From positions 57 through 64,056 of the forward strand of contig CAWIHJ010000015.1 of the NCBI GenBank assembly GCA_963835795.1: a stretch of 64,000 bases of DNA, read 5' to 3'. This document shows, piece after piece, positions 20,615 through 28,319 of the stretch. How positions within the stretch are numbered: position 1 is the first letter of the stretch; each line of letters starts with the position of its first letter. The stretch is from an uncultured Gammaproteobacteria bacterium. GTDB lineage: Bacteria > Pseudomonadota > Gammaproteobacteria > GCA-001735895. The position numbers and the translations under genes are program-made. The notes beneath the pieces were generated by a model that had not been told where the DNA came from, searched no databases, and saw only the letters and a program-made list of their open reading frames with translations.

Positions 20615-21715
20615 ATGAAGCCGCGAACCCTGCTTGCCGATGTCCGGGTCGTCGATCTGTCGCAGTACATACCGGGTCCTTTCGCCACCCGCCAGCTCGC
20701 CGATCTCGGCGCCGAGGTGATCAAGATCGAACCGCCCGGCGGCGATCCGATGCGTCATTTCATGCTCGGAGAAACGGCCACGCCCTCGGCGGTTTATCGC
20801 CACCTCAATCGTGGCAAGCGCATCGCCCGGCTCGACCTCAAAACCGAGGTGGATAGTGAGGCGCTGGCAACCTTGCTTGCCGATGCCGACATCCTGCTCG
20901 AGTCCTACCGGCCGGGGGTACTGGCGCGCCTGGGATTCGATCGTAAGCGCATCGATCGGCTCAATCCGCGGCTGATCCACTGCGCGTTATCCGGCTATGG
21001 CCAGACTGGACCCTATGCGCAGCGCGGTGGGCACGACATCAACTACTGCGCGCTGAGCGCGCAATCGATTGTCAGCGGCAATGCCGAGGGTCCGGTCATC
21101 GGTTACCCACCGATTGCCGATCACGCTTCGGCAATGCAGGCGGCGGTCAGCATGCTCGCCGCGCTGCACGCGCGTGACCAGGGCGGCAAGGGTTGCTTTC
21201 TCGACATCAGTATCAGCGAATCGATCCTCGCCTGGCAGTACCTGCCGATATTGGCCGACGCAGACGAGCGCGAGGCAAACATCCTCAATGGCGGGGCCGC
21301 CTGCTACAACATTTACCAGTGCGCCGATGGGGAGTTCGTCAGCCTCGGAGCCATCGAAAGTGGTTTCTGGGAAAGTTTTTGCCGGGCACTCGACCAGTCG
21401 CAGTGGATCGAAAGACAGTACGAAGACCTGCCGCAACAGGCGTTGATTGCCGAGGTCGGGCAGTTGCTGGCGCAATACCCGCGCGATCACTGGAGCGCGC
21501 TACTGCAACGCGTCGACTGCTGCTTCGAAGCCCTGCTCGGCACCGAAGACCTGGCCCGACAAGCACAATTCAAAGCGCGCCAGGCGCTGACCCCGGCCGG
21601 CCCGACTTACCCGGCCTGGATCGATCATCAACCGCTTGATATCAACACCGAACTGGAATCCATCGAAACCGGCGACGACCTCACCTGGCGCACCCCCCGA
21701 ACCTCCAGTCGCTGA
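20615..21715 (+). CDS. Family III CoA-transferase (CaiB/BaiF / alpha-methylacyl-CoA racemase-like).
   Basis: 366-aa intact ORF. N-terminal motif VVDLSQYIPGPFATRQLADLGAEVIKIEPPGGDPMR, then LESYRPGVLARLG and GHDINY. Confidence 0.85.
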   Translation: MKPRTLLADVRVVDLSQYIPGPFATRQLADLGAEVIKIEPPGGDPMRHFMLGETATPSAVYRHLNRGKRIARLDLKTEVDSEALATLLADADILLESYRPGVLARLGFDRKRIDRLNPRLIHCALSGYGQTGPYAQRGGHDINYCALSAQSIVSGNAEGPVIGYPPIADHASAMQAAVSMLAALHARDQGGKGCFLDISISESILAWQYLPILADADEREANILNGGAACYNIYQCADGEFVSLGAIESGFWESFCRALDQSQWIERQYEDLPQQALIAEVGQLLAQYPRDHWSALLQRVDCCFEALLGTEDLARQAQFKARQALTPAGPTYPAWIDHQPLDINTELESIETGDDLTWRTPRTSSR

Positions 21716-23107
21716 TTACTTGCCCTGGTTTTTCAGTTCGTTCCTCAGAATCAAGTGGTAATCGCGGATGCGTTGTACATAGCGAACCGGCTCGTTGCCC
21801 CGCGCATATCCATACTTGAGCTTACGGTAGTAGCGCTTATCGGAGAGCAATGGCAGGACTTGCTGCACATCGCTCCACAGGTGGGGGTTCAAACCCTGCT
21901 GACGCGCCAGTGTCTGCGCATCGTGTACATGCCCGCGACCCACGTTATAGGCGGCCAGCGCCAACCAGGTGCGGTCGGGTTCCTGCACCTGGTCTTCGAA
22001 ACGATCCTTGAGCAATTTCGCCATGTAACGCGCGCCGCCAAAAATACTTTGTCTGGGATCGAGTCGGCTCTTGACCCCCATCGCCCGCGCCGTATCCAGC
22101 GTCAGCATCATGATTCCGCGCACGCCGGTCGGACTGCGCGCATTGGCGCGCCAGTGCGACTCCTGGTAACCCTGCGCCGCCAGCAATAACGGCGACAGTC
22201 CGTATTTCTTCGCCGCTTCGTTAAAATGCTTTTCGTATTTTGGATAGCGCGTCCTGATGCGTTCAATAAACCGGCGCGTATCGACGTAATCGAACAGTTC
22301 GACAAAGCCGTAGTAACGCTCCTGCAACACCGCCAGTTCGCCACTGTTGGCGTAAGGTTCGAACCAGGATTCGATTGCCGAGCGCAAATCGCCGCGCTCG
22401 GCCGACATCATCCAGCCGAGCGTCTCGGATTCGTGCAGATTGATCGGCGCAATCAACTCGGGGAAATAGCGACGGTTGATATCGACGATGTTCGAATCGG
22501 CCACGGTGCAGTCAATCTCGCGCTGCCAGACGGCGCGCAGCAATTGCTCGGTGTCTTCGCTGTCAGTCTCTTCCCAGGCGAGTTCGGGATACTGCGCGCG
22601 CAACACCAGCAGGCGTTCAACGTAGCTGCTGCCGGCAATCACCTTGATTTTCAGTCCCACCAGCTCCTCGATGTTGTCGGGCTGTACATTGTCGCGTCGA
22701 CAAACGACTTGCTGAGTCACGTCCTGGTAGGCGGGGCCAAAGATAAACTTTTGCTGACGTCGCGCGGTGATGGTGAGCCCAGCTGCCGCCAGATCACCCT
22801 CGGCGTTTTCCACCGCGGCGATGATTTCCCGGATCGAATTCTTGATCTTGAACTCAACCTTTACACCGATCGATTCGGCAAAAGATTTCACCAGGTCATA
22901 CTCCGGGCCAGTCTGCTTCTCTTCGCGATCCGTGTACAGGGTGGTCGGGGCATTGCGCGTGAGCACTACCAGTATTCCAGACTCCTGGATTTCAGCGAGG
23001 CTGCGCGTATTCTTTTGCGCTTCGTTGAGCTTCGAATCACAGGCCACCAGCGCCAACACCGCACAGGTTAGCCAAAACCGCTGGTAGCAACGCAAGGATG
23101 AAAACAT
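21716..23107 (-). CDS. mltF: Membrane-bound lytic murein transglycosylase F.
   Basis: ORF 21716..23137(-). Start probably MFSSLRCYQRFWLTCAVLALVAC (lipobox) at 23107. N-terminal SBP-like domain plus a C-terminal SLT domain (QGYQESHW, AAYNVGRGHV). Confidence 0.85.
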   Translation of the reverse strand: MFSSLRCYQRFWLTCAVLALVACDSKLNEAQKNTRSLAEIQESGILVVLTRNAPTTLYTDREEKQTGPEYDLVKSFAESIGVKVEFKIKNSIREIIAAVENAEGDLAAAGLTITARRQQKFIFGPAYQDVTQQVVCRRDNVQPDNIEELVGLKIKVIAGSSYVERLLVLRAQYPELAWEETDSEDTEQLLRAVWQREIDCTVADSNIVDINRRYFPELIAPINLHESETLGWMMSAERGDLRSAIESWFEPYANSGELAVLQERYYGFVELFDYVDTRRFIERIRTRYPKYEKHFNEAAKKYGLSPLLLAAQGYQESHWRANARSPTGVRGIMMLTLDTARAMGVKSRLDPRQSIFGGARYMAKLLKDRFEDQVQEPDRTWLALAAYNVGRGHVHDAQTLARQQGLNPHLWSDVQQVLPLLSDKRYYRKLKYGYARGNEPVRYVQRIRDYHLILRNELKNQGK

Positions 23108-23227
23108 CAGATCATAGTCCTGGATACAGGTGACCATACGAATAATCGATTGTTACAGACTTGCCAACGAATGTCGCCATCTCGTGGGCATCATTCGATG
23201 TTCGTTGATACCCATCCCTGACTTTTC

Positions 23228-23773
23228 TCACGGACTGGTGAAGTACTTGATGGACCCGTCGTAATGACGCGTAGCCACGTAGACGACCCCGTCGTATGAC
23301 GTCGACAGAGCGGTCGTCGTGCGCGCAGCGAGTTCCTTGCGAAATGCTTTTTCCAGGGAACTGCCGGCGCTGTCAGCGTAACTGATCGGCGTACTGTGCA
23401 ACAGGCCCCAGCCATCCAGCGCACCGACGCGACGCACGGTATTGTCGAGCACTTTCAGCATGATTTGCTTGCGTCCGTCGGCCTCCAGGTCGACAAAGTC
23501 ATCCATGGGTTCGGCGCCCGGGTAGATGCGGAAAAAAGTCGACAATACGTTGGAATCGGCATCGTAGGTGATGGACGTCAGGCACAGATCGGCCTCCTCG
23601 GCATTGCTGTTTTTCACCAGCTTGTTGCACTTGGCATCCTCGTAAACGCGAAACAGGAACAGGTCGAAGGCACTCGGTGGGGTTTGCATCATGCGCTCGA
23701 TCTGCGGGCCCGGGCCGGCCAACCCCTGCGTAGCGGTTAACAAGCCCAGAATCAATAATGTACAACGCAACAT
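23228..23773 (-). CDS. Hypothetical secreted protein (181 aa).
   Basis: ORF 23228..23839(-). The internal start MLRCTLLILGLLTATQGLAGP looks like a signal peptide. I recognise no family. Confidence 0.5.
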   Translation of the reverse strand: MLRCTLLILGLLTATQGLAGPGPQIERMMQTPPSAFDLFLFRVYEDAKCNKLVKNSNAEEADLCLTSITYDADSNVLSTFFRIYPGAEPMDDFVDLEADGRKQIMLKVLDNTVRRVGALDGWGLLHSTPISYADSAGSSLEKAFRKELAARTTTALSTSYDGVVYVATRHYDGSIKYFTSP

Positions 23774-23948
23774 GTCGCTCCCCTTTACCGATTGATCGAG
23801 ACCCCAGTATACGCGAATCAAATCCAGTCCCCGCTGCACAGGACCGTCATGAAATCGTCACAACAAGGTCAGACGGTCATCAAGCTTGCTGCGCCGCCGT
23901 GGTGCAAACTTTATCCAACATCAATGAACCCACCACGAGGCAAATGAA

Positions 23949-24188
23949 ATGAACAGCAAAAGCATGCACATCGACCACAGCACCGACCCCGGTGGTACTG
24001 AAAGCTCGGCTTCGATCTTCGCCATACTCGCCAACCTGGTCAATGCAAGGTTTGGCCGTAGCGGGCTTGAAAAAGCGCAGGATTACTACCGTTGCAAGCA
24101 ACAACGCCAGCAACCCCGGCACGACATTCTCGATAGCCTGCCGCTGGAAGCGAAACTGCGCCTCGGCATGCATCGCTGGATCGATTGA
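23949..24188 (+). CDS. Hypothetical small protein (79 aa).
   Basis: The ORF shows host-like third-position GC bias and codon usage, has GAGG about 9 nt upstream of the ATG, and is followed by two hairpins. The overlapping minus-strand ORF 23880..24173 was judged less likely to be coding. Confidence 0.4.
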   Translation: MNSKSMHIDHSTDPGGTESSASIFAILANLVNARFGRSGLEKAQDYYRCKQQRQQPRHDILDSLPLEAKLRLGMHRWID

Positions 24189-24191
24189 AGC

Positions 24192-24252
24192 GACTGCGAT
24201 ATACCGTACACGATCGCAGTCACCCCGGCCCGGTTGCCGGGGTCTTTAATTT
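24192..24252 (+). terminator. Tandem hairpins. The second (CCCCGGC-ccggtt-GCCGGGG then TCTTTAATTT) looks rho-independent.
   Basis: Stem GACTGCGAT/ATCGCAGTC at 24192-24221, then a GC stem at 24223-24242 followed by a T-rich run. Confidence 0.5.
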
Positions 24253-24634
24253 CGTACTGGTGAAGAGAGGCCAACCGCAGCCGCTGTCGAGACCGGTAAC
24301 TAACTCGCCTATCTCACTGATTTACCTGGCGAGTGGGTCGGAAAGACACCGGGGTTGCGGGGTATATATAAAATGGTATTACTTACCGCAGTCGTTGCAA
24401 ACCCAGCGCTCCCCGTGCCTGTGCAAGAAAGCGGCCGCATATACATTTAGTCAGCGGCATTGTTGCCTTGAATCGCTGCGCCGAGCGCCGACTCCGTGCC
24501 GAAACCGTTTTTAAGGCCGGAAAGCCCGTAAAACCGCAGTATAGACCAGTAAATTACCCTATATGGGGGATTCGAAAGTTTAGGGAATACCACAGAATAG
24601 TGCCTAATTATTGCCAGCAATGTGTACTCATCAA

Positions 24635-25339
24635 ATGAATATCAAGCGCTACCCCTCTCTATTTCGCATCGTGTTACCGATCGCCGCTTTCATGCTTACC
24701 GGCGCCACGCAGGCATCCACCATGATTGGCGGCGTAGCAGTCGACTCCGCAGGCAGCAGTACCATGGTTGGGTCCACGCAGTCCGTTACCCATATTCCCG
24801 ATGCGATCAAATACTACATTCCCCTGAGCGCCACCCAACAAGGCACTTACGGCGTTGCCGGCACACCAGCACCCTGTGGTAACGGGTTCCCCGGCACTTT
24901 CGGCGGGGCTGGCACCTGTGCCGACAGTGGATCCGGGTTTGGCTACCTGGATTCCAGTGCCCTGGCGATGAACATCTACTTTGACTTGAGCGGACAGCCA
25001 GCCAGTCAGTCGGCCGAGCTGTCGTTCCTCTTCGACGATCTTGACCTGATCGACAAGAACGATCCGGTCGGCTTTTTCGAGTCGATTTCGCTGTCCTTCT
25101 GGAACTGGGATACCAACACCAATTCTTTCGACGGCACTCCCGTGAACGTGGCCGGAACGATCACAACCGCAGGCGCATCGCCCGATCCCGTAATCGACGC
25201 GGTGGACGACAACCTGATCACCTGGGACCTGGATCTGCTGGCGCTCGGCGCATTGAACGCGAGTGCACAGGCTCAGAACGGCTTCTGGATTCAGCTCGGC
25301 TTCGGTTCCAGATACGTACAAACGATGACGGGCAATTAA
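24635..25339 (+). CDS. Secreted protein (signal peptide, Gly/Thr/Asp-rich). It ends at an in-frame TAA ahead of its apparent PEP-CTERM tail.
   Basis: ORF 24611..25339. Start MNIKRYPSLFRIVLPIAAFMLTGATQAST at 24635. Confidence 0.6.
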   Translation: MNIKRYPSLFRIVLPIAAFMLTGATQASTMIGGVAVDSAGSSTMVGSTQSVTHIPDAIKYYIPLSATQQGTYGVAGTPAPCGNGFPGTFGGAGTCADSGSGFGYLDSSALAMNIYFDLSGQPASQSAELSFLFDDLDLIDKNDPVGFFESISLSFWNWDTNTNSFDGTPVNVAGTITTAGASPDPVIDAVDDNLITWDLDLLALGALNASAQAQNGFWIQLGFGSRYVQTMTGN

Positions 25340-25504
25340 ACTCGACAATCACGGAAACCCGAACCCAACACGGCACAAACACGCCCTGAGTATTTAGCCG
25401 CCAAATTGACCGTTTCGCCGGTACCCGTGCCCGCCGCCGTCTGGCTGTTCGGCACCGCCCTGATCGGCTTTGTCGGCATGTCGCGCAGAACAAAAATTTC
25501 CTGA
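25340..25504 (+). other. Stranded PEP-CTERM-type sorting signal, in the same frame as the upstream ORF.
   Basis: Continuing the 24635 frame past TAA (25337-25339) gives TRQSRKPEPNTAQTRPEYLAAKLTVSPVPVPAAVWLFGTALIGFVGMSRRTKIS*. This has the VPxP motif, a hydrophobic helix and an Arg-rich end. Confidence 0.6.
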
Positions 25505-25521
25505 CCCTTAACCAGGCAGAC

Positions 25522-25555
25522 AAAAAAAACCTCGCCAATCGGCGAGGTTTTTTTT
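25522..25555. terminator. Bidirectional rho-independent terminator (A8-CCTCGCC-aatc-GGCGAGG-T8).
   Basis: Perfect 7-bp GC stem flanked by an A-run and a T-run, lying between convergent genes. Confidence 0.75.
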
Positions 25556-25612
25556 GCCTGCCAGTTTGCATCCACGATTGCCAGCCCAGTATCCGGTGGT
25601 GTTTGCTTCGAT

Positions 25613-26371
25613 CTAACCGCGGCCGATGTAGGGCATGCGCGTCGCCATGATGGTCATGAACTGCACGTTGGTATCGAGCGGCAGCGAAGCCATTTGCAAC
25701 ACCGCCTGGGCAACGTGCTCGACGTCCATGACCGGCTCAGGCTTGCGCTCGCCGTTCGCCTGCGGCACACCCTTCGGCATCGCCTGCGTCATCGGCGTCG
25801 CGGCGTTGCCGATATCGATCTGGCCACAGGCGATGTTGTCGTGGCGACAGTCCAGCGAAATCGACTTGGTCAGGCCGGTAATCGCATGCTTGGTCGAGGT
25901 ATAGGGCGCCGAAAACGGGCGCGGCACGTGCGCCGATATCGAACCGTTATTGATGATGCGCCCGCCCTTCGGCGTCTGCGCCTTCATGATGCGAATCGCC
26001 TGTTGCGCGCACAGAAACGGGCCGGTGAGATTGACATCGACGGTCTGTTGCCACTGCTCGTAGCTCAATTCTTCGAGCGGTACCCCCGGGGTAAAACTGC
26101 CGGCATTGTTAAACAGCAGATCGAGCCGCCCGAAACGCGCTTCGACCTGGGCAAACAATGCCTTGACTGAATCGGGCTTGCCGACATCGGTGGGCACACA
26201 CAGCGTCCGCTCGGCATCGACCTCGGCGAGGGCCACGGTCTCCTGCAAGGGCTCGAGCCGGCGCCCAACGAGCACCAGCCGGTAATCGGCGGCCAGCAAC
26301 GCGAGACTGACCGCGCGACCGATGCCGGTGCCCGCACCGGTGACCAGCGCAACCGGGGAATCATTGTCCAT
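25613..26371 (-). CDS. Short-chain dehydrogenase/reductase (SDR).
   Basis: 252-aa intact ORF with [15 protein letters not shown] and the YTSTK catalytic motif. Confidence 0.85.
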   Translation of the reverse strand: MDNDSPVALVTGAGTGIGRAVSLALLAADYRLVLVGRRLEPLQETVALAEVDAERTLCVPTDVGKPDSVKALFAQVEARFGRLDLLFNNAGSFTPGVPLEELSYEQWQQTVDVNLTGPFLCAQQAIRIMKAQTPKGGRIINNGSISAHVPRPFSAPYTSTKHAITGLTKSISLDCRHDNIACGQIDIGNAATPMTQAMPKGVPQANGERKPEPVMDVEHVAQAVLQMASLPLDTNVQFMTIMATRMPYIGRG

Positions 26372-26430
26372 GTCTTATCTCCTCGGTAAACCCACGTATC
26401 AAAAACAGGCCGCCGGAAAAGGCAGCCCGA

Positions 26431-27217
26431 TCATTCGAATTCGGGCTTGCGCTTGTCGAAGAATGCCTGGATTCCTTCGCGCCCGTCGGGCGAGGCCGCG
26501 CAGCGTGACAACAGCTGCCCTTCGAGTTCCATCTGCGCCTCGAGATCGTTGCCGGCGCTCGCCAGCAACAGCTTGCGCACGTAGGCGTGCGACAGCCGCG
26601 CACCGTCGGCGAGTTCTGCCGCCAGGCGATCGGTTTCCGCCTGCAGCTCGGCATCCGCCACCACCCGGGTAACAATGCCGATTTCACAGGCCTCGGCGGC
26701 ACTCAGCGTTCGGTTGCTCAACATCAGTTCCTGCGCCCGACGCAGACCAACCAGCCGCGGCAGGTAATAGCTGGAGGCGCCATCCGGGCACAGACCGGCG
26801 CGGGTATAGGCCATGGTGAAGCTGGCCGACTCGGCGGCGAGCACGATATCGCCGATCAGCGAGAAACTGAAACCACCACCTGCGGCGACCCCGTTTACCG
26901 CGACAATCAATAGCGCCTGCATGCGCGACAGGCTCGTGATCGCGGCGTGAAAGTCGTCGGCGAGCGCCTGCGCCGCGTCACCGATGGCATCGCCGTGTGC
27001 CAGCATTTCCCGGAGATCGCCACCGGCGCAGAAGAATCGGCCCTCGGGCGCTGAGCACCACTACCTTGATCTGCGGGTCGTCATCGCATTGCCGCGCCGC
27101 CCGTTTCAACTCGCTGGCCGTTTGGCTGTTCAGGCCATTGGCCGCCTCGGGCCGGTGCAGGGTAATGCGCGCGATCGCGCCCTGCTGTTCAAAAATAATG
27201 CATTCGAATTCGTTCAT
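26431..27217 (-). pseudogene. Enoyl-CoA hydratase/isomerase family protein with one +1 break (~27047, in a G3/C3 run).
   Basis: ORFs 26978..27268(-) and 26431..27006(-) join: MNEFECIIFEQQGAIARITLHRPEAANGL...VVVLSA | GRFFCAGGDLREMLAHG...VNGVAAGGGFSF... Confidence 0.8.
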
Positions 27218-27298
27218 GGCTGTGGCACGCTTACCGCATCGTTGAATTTTGAATAGTGCATAATACACAACCCCTCACGCCTGTTACAGGAGCGAATC

Positions 27299-27589
27299 AT
27301 GGCTGCATTTCTAATCGTCGATACGGTGATCGAAAACGCCGAAGAATACGAAAAGTACAAGGCGCTGGCCAAACCCATCGCGGAGAAATACGGCGGTGTG
27401 TACCGCGTGCGCGGCGGTGACATGGATGTGCGCGAAACCGACCTGTGGTCACCAACGCGCATGGTGATCATCGAGTTCCCCGACATGAAGTCCGCTCGCG
27501 CCTTCGCCGATTCAGAAGAATATGCCCCGGTGAAACCGTTGCGCCGTGACAATGCGCGCTGCACGCTGGTGATCCTCGAGGGCGTGTAA
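27299..27589 (+). CDS. DUF1330 domain protein.
   Basis: 96-aa ORF MAAFLIVDTVIENAEEYEKYKALAKPIAEKYGG...VIIEFPDMKSARAFADSEEY, matching my recollection of the DUF1330 pattern. Confidence 0.75.
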   Translation: MAAFLIVDTVIENAEEYEKYKALAKPIAEKYGGVYRVRGGDMDVRETDLWSPTRMVIIEFPDMKSARAFADSEEYAPVKPLRRDNARCTLVILEGV

Positions 27590-27847
27590 GCGCAGGTAGT
27601 TCACCGTAACCGACTTCAGCTCAACTCCATGCGCCGAATTGCTGCCGGGTGCAAATGTTCTAACTGTCAATGTTCGCAGGCGTCGCGGCGCGCGAACGCG
27701 GTTTGCAGGATTTGCAGCGCATCGCCGTGCGACACCAGCAACAGGCAGCTACCGGAATAGCGCTGTTCGAGGTCGATAATCAATTCGGTGACCCCTGCCA
27801 TCACCTGGTTGGGGCTTTCCGTCTGCCGATAATCACTGTCGGCATTG
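27551..27847 (+). repeat. Left copy of the ~297-bp imperfect direct repeat (3' end of DUF1330 + spacer + 3' end of the histidine phosphatase).
   Basis: Manual ungapped alignment to 31182..31478 (offset 3631) gives about 22 mismatches and no indels. Confidence 0.85.
27616..27847 (-). pseudogene. Truncated duplicate of the histidine phosphatase C-terminus (about 77 codons, with an acquired TGA).
   Basis: The minus strand reads ...NADSDYRQTESPNQVMAGVTELIIDLEQRYSGSCLLLVSHGDALQILQTAFARRDACEH*QLEHLHPAAIRRMELS*. The full gene reads ...NADSDYRQTESPNQVMARVTELIIELEQRYSATCLLLISHGDALQILQTAFARRDVREHRQIEHLHTAEIRRMDLS*. Confidence 0.8.
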
Positions 27848-27850
27848 GGG

Positions 27851-27900
27851 AGTTCCCCGGGACACAAACCCTCCTAGTTCCCCGGGACACACACCCTCCT
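27851..27900 (+). repeat. 2 x 25-bp tandem repeat AGTTCCCCGGGACAC(A/C)ACCCTCCT at the left junction of the insertion.
   Basis: Direct reading; one mismatch between the units. Confidence 0.8.
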
Positions 27901-28319
27901 GGACACGGATTCCAAAGGTTCTGAAATACGAAAATTAACTTAGGAATAACATTTGAGTGTGTGTCTCATGCCTGGCAAGCGCCACGGGCCGAATGCCATT
28001 CCACGGGGTGCTTGGCGCGTTATGCCTTTCCGCTTACGCCCGCGCTGCGCAATATTCCGGCACAGGGGCGATTTCATCTGAGCGTATTTCTCGATGCCCG
28101 TAAGCGATCGAATTAATTGCTATACGAGCCAGTCGGGCAACACGCGCCGGGGGTAAAATACCGTCCGTGACAGAAACATCCCGGGCCGAAATGAAATTTA
28201 AATAAACGGTTTATTGCGCATGTCGCTTGTGAATACTGCTCTATACTCAATTGATTATCATAACTATTTCAGCGAAAACGGTATCGACTGATTCTCGCAT
28301 AGAGCATTTCCACCTTTAT

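Noticed and set aside
25337-25339. Stop-codon reassignment or programmed read-through at the in-frame TAA.
   Set aside because: TAA is used as an ordinary stop by other genes in the window (for example 59485-59487 and 63862-63864). I see no read-through context. A mutation or sequence error is the simpler explanation.
27223-27238. A sigma-54-like promoter, TGGCACG-N4-CCGCA, upstream of the DUF1330 gene.
   Set aside because: The GG and GC dinucleotides are correctly spaced, but the -12 element deviates (CCGC rather than TTGC). No enhancer-binding protein gene is nearby, so the match could easily be chance in GC-rich DNA.
27851-27900. A possible CRISPR or other spacer-repeat array.
   Set aside because: There are only two directly abutting 25-bp units with no spacers, and no cas genes in the window.
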